From NCBI GenBank assembly GCA_001938485.1, contig MQRK01175730.1:44796-94102 (forward strand): DNA of 49,307 nt. Reading direction: 5' to 3'. The DNA comes from Girardia tigrina. Lineage: Eukaryota. Numbering within the stretch: the first letter of the stretch is position 1; every line of letters begins with the position of its first letter. The notes under the pieces are model-generated. The model saw only the letters and a list, made by a program, of their open reading frames with translations, was not told the DNA's origin and did no database searches. Below, one piece after another: positions 37,270 to 49,307 of the stretch. The position numbers and the translations under genes were made by a program.

Positions 37270-37510
37270 CATAGAAACCAATGAAAAATACTTAGCGATT
37301 ATGCAAAACCCATAAACCAGACTTGGAGAAACCACTGTTTTTTCCTTATTTGTCAGCAGTGGGTCGTTGGTATAAAGGCAGCAACAAACTACTCCATAAA
37401 CTAGGATGGCAACGAGATGATATAATTAAATATGCGATCATGGCAGGTAAAATAGACAGAACTGGTGGTCAAAGACATGAAACAGTTCTACCAATACATT
37501 TTAGATAACC
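37270..37510 (+). mobile_element. 3' remnant of an RLE-type (R2/NeSL-like) non-LTR retrotransposon
   Basis: KY..P.LSAVGRWYKGSNKLLHKLG resembles the C-terminal end of the restriction-like endonuclease. Confidence 0.4.
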
Positions 37511-40402
37511 AAACCAAGGAAGACTGATAAACTGGGACCTAGGCCGATCAGAGTATCTTTGCATTTTTCCTATTACAATGGTCTCTCTCAATACCACTGC
37601 TCCCCTCATACAGGAAACGAGTGTCTATGCACTTAAGTTTCGTCGAACATATGCATTTTAATTTAATTTAACAATCATTATCCGTCAAGTTAGTCTCCCT
37701 GCAAATTTTTATTATGACTCTTTCAACTTAAATTATAACTAAAAGTAAAATCAACAAAACTAAAAAGATCCGTGTCAATCATCGTTAGGCTTCAGAATGT
37801 GTTGTACAACAGAAAATATCGTAATGCAGTAATTTAGTATTCTAATCTAAAATCCAGTTTCAAGGTCGAGAACTTTACGTCTGGACCTTTTTGTGACTTG
37901 GAACGACTCGATTTGTAAACTATGACTTTAGAAGAGACGGTAAAGGATCAACTTTAATTGCCAGTAAATATTTTAGGAAGATCAGTTTTCATTCCATTTG
38001 GGAAAATTTACTTATTTTTACAAGAATAATACAACTTTTAAAAATTCGTTGGGTTTTATCACTTGAAAATTTGTCGAGAAATTAATACCAAAGAAATCGT
38101 CAATTAAAGATATTTTCAAGGGTCAATATTCTACTGGGGGCAGAGGGTTAGGAGGTTGTCCAAACCAAAGGAATGAGAACCTTTTATTCAAGAGTTAAAT
38201 TATTTTTGCTCCGTGTCATTCAACCAATTTGCTCCAGTGATCTGATCAAGTGAATACACAAATTATTTTCCTGTTTGTGTATGTATGACATAACAAACAT
38301 AATTGTCCCTTTTAATAAAGACACAATGATACATAAATGATGCACTTAACATTCTTTCGAAAATTAATTATCCTTCTATTAAATAATAGTTAATTATAAA
38401 TTAACTGTCAGCACATGTATTCCGGAATATCACTATTTCAAGCACCAGAGTCTATTTCCCTTATGAAACATAAGACATCATTCGATATTTTTATCATTAA
38501 TTTTGATTCCACAAGTCACTTAAAATACCATCGGTCTCTAAGTATTTACTTTTATCTTCTCGAACCTTTGACCTTCTTTCAGATAACTTACCAGTCTTGA
38601 AAATATTCTTAGACTTCAATCTTTATACTTATCTTTTGTCTTTATTGCTTCTGTTTATTTTCATTGATCGTTTTTACCAGACACAACAGTGAAAATGTCC
38701 GATTTGTCTCATAGGCGCCGTTAGAAATAGACTCTTCTTATGGTACTGGAGATCAGGCCTGGAAAAACTCGTTGGTTCTCTTTCAATAAGCACAATTTCT
38801 AATCATGCCAAACACTGTCACTAAAAAAATGAAAAATCAACAAAAATAGTTTAATGAATAAAAGTTATTGATCTACCAGTTCTCTTATTAACATACGTTT
38901 CCAAAAATGTCACATGCTTGAAGTGTTATGTTACAGTTGAGTATCTAACACGTGGTTTAATGGTAGTTCATCTGCATCAAGTATGGAGCTGAATATAATG
39001 TTCATTAAACATCTATTTGTAGCTATGTTTACATCTGTGTCGTACCATAAAATAACATCTGCGTCAAATGTAACACAGTTTCAATATTGACCTGAAAAAA
39101 TTTTCTATGTCGATTATACCTTTAAAAATAGATATTTCGAATCACAATTATTATTTACACGATTTTATTGTAAATGACGAAATGATAGAAAAATGGAAGT
39201 ATAATATATTCACCCTTTGATAAAATCTTTGTCTCGAAAGACACTAAAATCCTAATAACTTAAAAAAATATGTAAATCATTTTATATTGAAAAAAATCCT
39301 AAGTTGAAGAAATTGTGTTTGTCCATTGATCTTAGGATCAAAAGATTTTCTCTTCTATGCTGTACACTAACTATCCTCTCCCAGTAATTATCACACAATG
39401 ACCAGATTTTAAAAATTACTTATGTGCACTTTACTTTTGAAGAACTTCTTTCTATGTTAAGTCATATTACTATTACTTCCTATTACTTACTATTACTTCC
39501 TATTGCTTACTATTACTTACTATTACTATTACTTCACCATCAATTGTGTTCCTGTGCTCGTCAGTACGTCGACAAGTCTCTCCGCTGCATGTGGTACGAC
39601 ACCCATTATACAGTATTTATACCAGTATTTATACTGGTAAACTAAATTGGAACATAATCTAGTTTGAGTGGTAGATGTAGGGCTGAATAAACATTTTCCA
39701 AAACTTAAAGGATTTAGACACGATTTTCAACTTTTAATTATTTTCGTTGCATTTCATAGTTGAGCTTTGGAATTTTCTGAATCCTTCAGAGTGGGGGCAG
39801 TCTCAACACAACACCAGTATTGTTGCAATTACAATTATCTACTGAATTTCATTGATGTCGGTATGCTTCTTCGAAATCTCTCACAATGAAGTCTGATGAG
39901 CACTTTTATGTTTTTGATTTTATTTTCAAAATTTTCATTTTTTAATAGCGACTATCTTAGAAAAATAATGAAAGGTAATTGATTGTTCAATGTAAAAATG
40001 CATTTGTTAAGCCCTGAAGACTTAAAATATTAACTTGTAATTCAAGCCAGGACAGTTTTGATATGACCTTAAGCTTTTGAATAGAAAAAATAGAAAACCT
40101 TTGAATATGAAAGAAACAATTTGATCTCTTTGCATTATAAGACAATTCCAATCGGATAGGCAGTCGATGTTTAGAGTAATAAGGTAGTTCAATCGCTGAT
40201 CTTAAATCTTTATGCTTTCGAAATTAGTAAAAGAAGAAGCAAGGTTACTTTATGCAGAAAAATTGTAAGAGGAACATGTATTTCTGAAGTTGACTTAAAG
40301 ATTTAACACATTGACTGCTGTTGACATCAGGGTTTTTCTTTTATTATCATAGAGACTCTTTTGAAAAATATGATCGAACATTGTTGCCTTTTTAGCATTT
40401 AA

Positions 40403-40494
40403 CACATTGAATGCTGAGTACGAGATATCTCGTACTTAGCGTCTAACTAATGAATATTGAAGTACGAGATATCTCGTACTCAGCATTCAATGTG
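40403..40494. mobile_element. 92-bp piggyBac-type MITE (TTAA TSD), second copy
   Basis: Differs from 8637-8728 by one base. Perfect TIRs. Confidence 0.88.
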
Positions 40495-42439
40495 TTAAAC
40501 ATACTATTTTCGGATTCATAGAAGGTTTGCAAAGTACAAATTATAGTGAATAGAATAAAAATAGAAAATAGATTAAATTTGATCGTACAAATCTAATTAG
40601 TTCTTTACGCGAGTAAAACAAAAGAACTGTCATTCTGGTGTTGGCTGAGCGGCGGCACCGCCGGTACGGTGCATCTTTTGCAGAGCTCTGTAAACAACAA
40701 ATTCATGTTTTTCAAATATTACTTTTTCATCAAACATCTGATGATGAGCGCGTTGATTTTATCGACTGTAACACCGCTGCAGCACCGAACAAGTACTGCG
40801 TTAGATATACAAATCTGATTTTATATTCGCACGATAATTATCGATGATTATATTATCATTATACTATTATCAATTATCGCAATCTTTGTTTATATTTTTC
40901 GTATTTCATAACTTATTAATACCTCTGAACTAATGTGACATAATCATTAATCAAGTGATTTTCATGGATTATGATTTATTAATGTTTTATCTTTGACCCT
41001 TTGACCACCGTTACTGTTACTCGAGTTACATATGAGTGACGGTGCTGCGAGAGCACAGAGTGATAAGTATCAGTGCCCATGGTTATTAGCAAGAGAGAGA
41101 ATAGGTTGGTGATGAGACATGCGTCAGTGATTACTCTGAGAGTCTGTTATACCGATGCAGTGACTTTGTCTGCCAGAAAACTTGAATCAGCTCATGTCAG
41201 CACAGAGCGTCAATTCTTGTTGAATAATGTAGGCAGGTTTTATTCTTGCACTGGCGTATTTGCATTTGGTGTGTAACAAAGCAGTTTACTTGTTTTACGA
41301 AAACTAATCTAAAGATCGCTTAAATTGTTCCAGGCCAATCTATTTTACTCGGTGAAGATAGTGATGATCGGAACTTCGAAGAGCTCGTGTTGAGCTACAC
41401 TAAACCAAGAAACAAGATTTGCGACAGTCATTACATCATCGATTCCGTGAGGAATTCTTTTAGTGATACAAAGAACAATGATTCATCGAATCTGCGGAAA
41501 ACGATTCTGGAAGATCTGGTGATCACTCGAGTGTCGAATATCAATATATTGAAGTAATGGGCACATGGGCACGTGCGCACACTCACTCATCCACAGCCAC
41601 ACACTCGTAGACAGATACAGTCACACACAACACACAAACACTCAGTCGCACGCGTCCTTGTCCCCTGCGAATCGAGTAGACCGAGTCGACCAATCAGCCA
41701 TTGTCATTGTGCCGTCAAAGCACAATGAGAGCATTTCTTTAATTCTATTAGCTGCATTTTTGGGAATTTTTCAATCGAAAATTGAATTATTTTTACTACA
41801 ATTGTTATTACTGTGTTATTATAATTTCGTATTGTTATTACTAAATCGTGTCGTCGTAAAAGTTGTCTTTTCTGGTGGTATGCTTTGTTGAAACCAGTGA
41901 GAAATTGATTTTTTGTAAATACTCCTTCAACACTGATTTATCGATTTTTTATAGTAATTTGTTTAAAGCTTTGGTTTTTTTTGGGATTTTTCTTTATTAT
42001 TGTTATTTTATTATTCTTACGATATTCTGTCGCTTTGGGTTCTTCATTGTCTGACGAATCTTTGTGCCTTGTGATTTTATAATTTTCAAATTCTGTGATT
42101 ATTCGTTTTCTTTTGTGGTGTTTTATGGATCTTACTATTCATGTGATGGGACTTATTGAAATTGATGTCAAATAAAACATTGCTTCACTTTGTTCTGCTT
42201 TTGTTATTCGCTGTTTGTCGATATTTTGTATGGCACTGAGTCTGAACTGTTTTCGCCGGGGTACGTTAAAATGTCGATAATTAAAATGTAGAAAATATTA
42301 ATATGGCAAAAAAGTTTTTTCCGTTACTCCTCTGTATTTCTAATTTCTAAATAAAACAAATATAAAACAACAAATATATATTTCTACACAACAGTATATT
42401 CACCATTACAACAAATAACATTTTCAGCATGTGTAAAAG

Positions 42440-42895
42440 GTTTATCAAATTCATGTGAAAGTTTTTCTCGTGAGAGATTCCTCATAATATCACTGACCGC
42501 TTGTAAGATCTCTTCCTCACTTGCAAATGATGTTGTTCTTGGTGATCCTTTTAAAAATTTGAATAGCCATTTGTCACACTGATTTAAATCAGGCGAATAT
42601 GGGCTTGTTTAATCAATTCAACATGTTTTTTTCTGAAAAGAACTCCGTGGTAAACTTGGATGAATGTGGTCGAGCATTATCATGCTGCCAAAGAATTTCT
42701 CGCATATTCACTCGTCGTCTGTCTTTACTAAACTTCGTAGGACTATTTTGAATGAATTCTGTATATCTTTCAGAATTGATAGCCTCACCAGATTTTGTTA
42801 CTTCGATGTGAATCTTACCATCAGCTGTGAATGCCAAAATAAGCACTGTTTTTCGTCAAATTTTTTGTTTTGAACAGCACGTGGTCGAGGATCAT
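42440..42895 (-). mobile_element. Tc1/mariner-superfamily transposase C-terminal remnant
   Basis: INSERYTEFI..LWQHDNARPH, then after a frameshift SPDLNQCDKWLF. Confidence 0.8.
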
Positions 42896-45800
42896 CTCCA
42901 CTTGCTCATCAAGACAAATAGGAAATGATGTTTGGGATTTCAAAAAAATAAATACGTTTCTAATATCGCTTTTAGGTACAAAAGATAATGCATATATTTT
43001 TAAGTTTTGATCTTCACTATATCTAGTTTTTATCCCACAATTAACTATTTTTTTTAAAAATGTTTTGTCCTAAATGAAACAAACATCTCTGCGTATGAGT
43101 AATTGAAAATGCACACTGAAAATCATTTACGGCAGCCTTTTCAAAATCGCAAATAATTATATGAGGATTAAGGTTCGGAAGTAATAATTTGATAAAAAAG
43201 CCGTATTTCTAACAGTATGTGTCATCTCCTCTCTCAGACCAAGCTCGTCAACAACAATACTTTCATTTGAAACCTGCTGGTCTCTATGATACTGTATCAT
43301 ATGAAATTACAGCTCTTGAACTATTTCCAATTTCATGTGAATTGTTGTGGGAATGCTCTTCTATTCTCTTATTCTTAAACGATCAATCAAAACGAAATTT
43401 TTGCATTGATTGTGCTGCTTTTTATACTTATAGTAAGATCCTCTTCGCAAGTAACAGAGGTTATAGCAGTAACACCACAGTCACGGTTTCTGCCTTTCTA
43501 ATATATTTTACCGTTTATTTTTTTGGATATAAAAACCCATCACGAGAAATCATAATATTTCCCTTGTTAATTTTTGAAATTTCCATGAAGATCGTTAAAA
43601 ATTTATGATTTAAAAACAAAAAAAAATACTAATTTTTTATCCATTTTCGACATGTTTTTTAATTTCAATATTTTATGCATATTTTATTTTCAACGTTTTT
43701 TTTTGACATTTTAAAAACATTAAAACTTTCGACATTTTAACGTGGTACCGTTTTTGCGAATGGCGAACAAATATCGGTCGATGGAAGACGCAAATGTTTA
43801 CTTATCGCTCCACACGACAGTCGCTGATACCGGCCGATGTCGTTGCCGTCTTGAGAATTGCACTCGAGTAATCTGCCACTGCCTGAACCGAGTGTCTCCG
43901 TGACACATTTGGATGGCAACTGCACAATCTCTTCAAATGCCATCTATTAGTTATGTAATAATTCTTCTGTTGTTTGATTTTATCTGATGTTACATCGTAT
44001 CTTTAACAAATCCATTATTAAAGTGAAATTATTTTTCGAAATAGTATTACAAAGAATAAGTAAATGATTTGAAGACGAAAAGTTCTATTGAATCAATATA
44101 ATTAAACATAAAATTTATGACAGTTTTATTACTAATAACATTTTAGATGTGTTTTATAAGACTTTCAGATTTTCAGACACTCAAAACAAATAAGCAAATA
44201 CTTGCAAAATGTGTAAGAAAAGTCAAAAAGAACATATTAATGTTTAATATATGTTTAATAATTACAAAATGATGTGCTTTATGTGAAAAATATTCTCAAC
44301 ACTCGATGCAAATATTGACAGAAATTCAAAATCGTAGATATACGTACTTTTTTGAGATGAGCTGACTTAAGACGAGACGGTCCTGTTGACCAAGTAGCAT
44401 TCGTTACGGGGTTTGGTGGAGATTAGTCGATGGACAAGGATGGGTCAAGGAGACAGCACTTCCAAATTTATTGTTCGCTCATTGATTAATGAGGATTCAA
44501 AATTATTTTTTTGATGAAAGAAACAATAAGTTACTTTATCGAAAATCTTTATTTTTTATCATCACACATGAAAAAATATACAGAAAATTTGTAACACTAA
44601 TTTCCAGACATACTTTTGGTCTTAATATTCCTATGGAAAATGTATTTTCCTACGTGAAATCTCAAATCTAATTCAAGTGTGATGCGAATGATTCAAGAAG
44701 AAACTGTTGTGAGGAAGGATTATCGAATATTGTCGACAAAAAATCCGTCAAAAAGTTTTCTAAAAATATAGACATTATAAAACAAGTAATTAGAGAATAA
44801 TTCTTTTTTATTGAGTTTGTCAACCGGGGTAATCACAAAAAACGTCTCCGCTACTATACACGACCGGCCTGAAGTCCAATGAACCAAATCCATTGGAACG
44901 AAAGCGCTAAAGGAAAATTGCAATTTGAAGAACTTACTCATGAAGAAAACCACTGAAGTGTAAAAACAAAAGACCATAAAAATTAAATTATTACTTGAAT
45001 AAAACTCAATTCTGACAAAATTCCATGGGAATTATATTTTATTTTTTACTGTGGTCTTTTGTACAGAAGGGTTTTGTTCGTGATAAAACCATTTTTTGTA
45101 ATTTAATTTTCATGTGGCCGTTTATTTGTTAATAAACATTGTTACATATGAAAAAAACTTGTAATTATTTTAATAACACATTAAAACGAATGTTAAAAGG
45201 AAGAACAAGACATCAGATCCGAATTTCGATCACAACTGGTGCGATATTTTAACGGTTTGGAATCTTTCATTGTGATCTGCAACTACCAAGTGAACCGATA
45301 TTTATCAATTCGCTTACATTTCAGATCATCAAATGTTACGTCTCAAGTTACAGATTACAGTGGACGTGATCAGAGATTAGCACATTGGATCAATGATGAA
45401 GAGAAGCTCTAGAGACTCAATGAGGTCCTTGTAATGTCGTAAAACAGACTCTCAATTTATATGTTCAAAAGGCTAAAATAACAGAATGTAAATAAAAACT
45501 GAAATGTAAACAGATACTCAATCAAATTAGATAATAAAGTTTAAATAACGTAAAATGTAAACATAAATATAAAGATAATGCTTTTGTAAACAAATACTCA
45601 AGATAAATGTTAAGATTGTTTTTTCTGTATTGTGACTTTATTGATAAAGAAAATAAATATTTTAACATTTATTTCTAATAACACAAAATACGAAATTCGA
45701 AGATGTTAAAACTGAAGAAAAAAATGTTTTGAAAAAAGATATTTAAATTTTTTGAATAATAATCTGAATTTAATCCAAAATTTCCAAATGGAAGGGGGTA

Positions 45801-46580
45801 CAGACCCCCCTGACTCTTGTTAACGGTTATTACTATTGGGTCGTCTGAACAAATAACGGGTCGGAGTGCAGTACCAATTTGTAGACTCATCTGTTTTTTA
45901 TGTCTTGAATATTTTACTAAAGTCGATGTACCAAAACCAAATCAGATAAATTTCTTCTGAAATTTCGTAAATTTACCTGAATAATATGTTCCTCTTTAAA
46001 CACAATTTCTTCATTGAAGTTTGTATTTTCTGTATTTTGGTGGAGCAAAGGTTGGCTTCAAGATCAACCAGTTTTTTTGGAGAAAGGAAAAGATTTGTTT
46101 AATTAGAGCGGATAATTTGTGATTCTTCGATATAATTGTTACAACAAATTATTTTATATAAATCTTTTTCTAATAAAAATTCTTTACTTATTCTAAAATA
46201 TTTTTCCTTGTACATTTTTTTTCACATTCTTCACATTGTTTTTTATATATTACTTTAAAGATAGAAAACGTTAATCTTGTATTTATAAAACACGAGATTA
46301 ATGATTCATTCCAGAGTAAATTTTGAAGACCTTCACATCTCAGGACTCCAATCACGGGAAAGCTTCGATTATCTCGAGGCTACGAATCTTTAACTCTCAA
46401 TCTTTTAAATTATTGAATAAATCTTTAATTTTGTGAAGCTCTTTATCATTCTTTTAGAGGAACAAAAAAGCAAAAGCCTTTCAAAGGATTCTGACCAAAT
46501 TCAGAGTGAAACTTTCTTAAAAAGAAATTATTTTACTTTTGTTTAATTGTAGAAATACATTTATCTTTATGTATAAAAGG

Positions 46581-47400
46581 CAGGGGCGTAACCAGGATTT
46601 AATTTCAGTGGGATATTGATGAACACGGCCCACTTTTAGTCACACTGCCACCCGCCCGCACGCACACACACATATATCATAATAGATATTTTGGTCCTGT
46701 GAAATCGCGTTTCTATATTATTTATGTTTTTCAAGAATGAAGAGAGGTTCGATACGGAAATTAAAATGTATTCTACAGAAATTGTAAGGAATAAAGAATT
46801 TAGTTAAGATAATAATGATTGTGTGAGGAAATGGATATAATAGCAAAATTTATATTAAATAATCCAGTCGTCTGTGAGATTAACCAGTACTTTATCAGCA
46901 TTGATTGAAACGTCCCAGAACATTGGTAACATTGCCAGACCACTTAGTCAGTTGTTGTTCATGGTACTTCTCATTTATGTTTTAATTCGGGTCAGAGCGG
47001 AAATTATTTTTGCTGCTGTAGCAGTAGTCACTAGAAGAGTGAGGAAAATTTGTCGAAGTGTCTTAATATTAAGAAAAAAGTAGATATTATATTGAAGTGC
47101 TATCGCGGGCTAGTCTTTGTGGAGGCACTAAACCAACTTTTCCGAGTAATTTTGAAACTGCGATTGTAATTACCGCTTATCGACAGAGGATTCTTGCAAT
47201 TATTTGAGCCCTTCAAAGTCGTAGTCAGTAGATTTATTACAGTGGAAAAGAACGAGAGTTTTAAATATTGAATAGATTTTCTCTTGATTAATGAACATTT
47301 CCGAAGTTGTCTTCCTACGTTGTCATGAAAAACGTTGTAAACAGCCGTCCTATGATAGTCTTCCGACTATGAAAACTGCTGAGAAATTTCTTGATTCCAG
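46581..47400 (-). mobile_element. hAT (Tip100/ZMYM1-like) 3' fragment with dimerisation domain and one TIR
   Basis: Minus-strand translation EDYHRTAVYNVFHD..NIKTLRQIFLTLLVTTATA..SALTRIKT*MRSTM..LSGLAML. Terminal CAGGGGCGTAACCAGG at 46581. Confidence 0.8.
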
Positions 47401-48789
47401 CATGGTTTAAAAAAAACACGTGCTAAAAGTCCATTAGCTAGTGAAGAGATTTAATGAAAAGTTTTAAAAAAATGAATGATGACATCATTTTTACACCAAA
47501 CAAAGAGCTTCGATTTATTCTTCTCATGTTGAAACGTTTTGAGAAGAATGGCTCTGTAGTGATCACAATTTTCCCATTAAAATTGTGTAAATGATAAATA
47601 TAAATTGTGCAAGTTTATCCATTGAAAATTAAGAAATAAAAAGTTTAATTTAATCTTAAATTATTAAATTCTTTTATCGACGAAAACTTATCGTCATCAT
47701 CGTAAAATCTAAATTAAGGGGGCATAAATATTGATTAATAAAAATATTAATTAAATTTTGCATAAAAAACTATTTTTTGTGTAAATAATAAAATATTATC
47801 GTGCGCTTTAAAATTTGGAGTTTTGTTTTTTAATATTTCATAAAGGAGATTTGAGATTTTCCCGTCGGGCGAAGTGCAATGTTTAATATCTGTTGGACAT
47901 TCCGTCCGATCAATACACAATAAAATGGTGTGAGAAGCGGTGCCGTGCCCGACATAGCAACACGCGGCGAACTATTCCCACTGTTCTTTCTACCGATCGA
48001 GCTGAACCACATAATGTCAGCCAAATTGCTGGTCTTCCGTAATACCGTTGATGATCAAATTTAAGCAAACACTCTGCTCAGCGATCCACCGCTCTCGCCG
48101 CCGTTCCGGAATAGTTGAAGCTCTCTCTGCCACGATTCCTTCTTCGAGAACCAATGAAGACACAGGCGATTCGATCCTTCATGAAGACACTCCGCCAGTG
48201 GACCGCGGAAGCTCCATTCCTTTTGGTTTTGTGATGTCAACGATCACCACCTGGGGGAGATGTAATTTATTGAACATACAACAATATCTAATGTAATTGC
48301 TTTTAAAATAATACGATACATTTATTTTTTCATTTTTTTCCTTTTCAAATACAGATATTAATTGGATGAAAGGCGCACATTCTGTAAGGGTTCCAAGACG
48401 ATACTACCTATATTAATAGGGACACTATAGGATCCACCAACCGTACAACATTTATAACACTTATGTTTCAGGGACCCTGTGAGATATTATTCTCATTTGT
48501 TTTAATTCACTGAACCCGGTGATAGTTTTTTGATTCAAATTTATCTTTTGCATTGTCTGGCGCTTGTTTTCTACAGACCCCTTAAAAATTTCACGATTCT
48601 AGTCACCGAAATAAACGAGGCGATAGCGATTTTAGCAGATGACACCCAATGTCACGTATGGTTATTGTGGGGCACCAAACCACTTCGTCCCTATCTATCC
48701 TGGTCCGCATACGGCATCCAAAATCAGCCTGCATCACCGTGTATCAAACTCTGACTGGGGACATGCAAAAAATGCTTGTGATTAATTTA

Positions 48790-48885
48790 TTAAACGCAAT
48801 GAAGTCGATACTTTTTTGAAAAAAATCTTCATTGGAGACAAAAAGTGGATTGTGTACAACAATGTCAATCGAAAACGATCATGCC
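48790..48885 (+). mobile_element. Short mariner transposase fragment
   Basis: KRNEVDTFLKKIFIGDKKWIVYNNVNRKRS, homologous to the mariner at about 7050-7130. Confidence 0.75.
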
Positions 48886-49198
48886 TGTGTGATGAATATT
48901 TTAAATTTGGTATGTTGAAATTGGTTTGTTGAATTTTGTATGTTGAGTATAGTATTTGGAAATGTGTTTTTCCCACCCAGATGGGAAATTGATATTTTGG
49001 ATGTTCTCGATAAATAATTATTCGAGTATAATTTGGATTTTAAAGTACAGCATATGATATTTAAAAAACTTTAAAAATATTAAATCGTTTCAAATTTTCA
49101 TATTAAAAATTTGAATAAAGTAAATAGCTTTTAACCAAGTTTTAAATTAAATAAATGTTCTTTCTTTATATAAAATCATTTTTTAAATAAAATTAATA

Positions 49199-49307
49199 CA
49201 GTCAACCCCCATTAATCCGAACCTCAATAATCCGGAAACTTCATAATCCGAAAAATAAAAAATATATCTGGCCAATTTTCAAAAGTTTTTAGCCAAAATT
49301 GATTCAT
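49199..49307 (+). mobile_element. Left end of a pogo/Tigger-type element running off the window
   Basis: TA-CAGTCAACCCCCATTAATCCGAAC with repeated TAATCCG subterminal motifs. Confidence 0.6.

Noticed and set aside
43797-43943. An alternative frame WHLKRLCSC.. resembles a class B GPCR tail
   Set aside because: No upstream transmembrane exons are identifiable, and the match is too short.
45675-45890. ITVNKSQG resembles the Helitron/PIF1 helicase motif TINKSQG
   Set aside because: Flanking residues do not match the RQFP-RLAFA context, and no other helicase motifs are nearby.
48640-48700. TYGYCGAPNHFVPIYP, a possible decayed CCHC gag knuckle
   Set aside because: Two of the three cysteines are missing and there is no supporting gag context.

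Overview
AT-rich eukaryotic (invertebrate-like) genomic window with short (46-92 nt) GT-AG introns. It is dominated by nested, decayed mobile elements: mariner, Tc1, pogo/Tigger, hAT, piggyBac-type MITEs, Penelope-like, Gypsy and BEL/Pao. The one clearly intact host gene is a membrane-tethered CREB3/CrebA-family bZIP factor (+ strand, about 24252-33950). There is also a decayed secreted C-type lectin gene and PAN-like exons. The most unusual region is 73-5945 (- strand): a decayed chuvirus-type envelope glycoprotein gene that seems to be preceded by two ubiquitin-like domains. It is split by a 2.64-kb insertion bounded by a 6-bp direct repeat, which carries a BEL/Pao fragment and a truncated 14-3-3 copy. 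A gag-protease-only Gypsy element has an atypical primer-binding site that looks complementary to the 5' end of tRNA-Phe. All family assignments come from motif recognition by eye; no searches were run.
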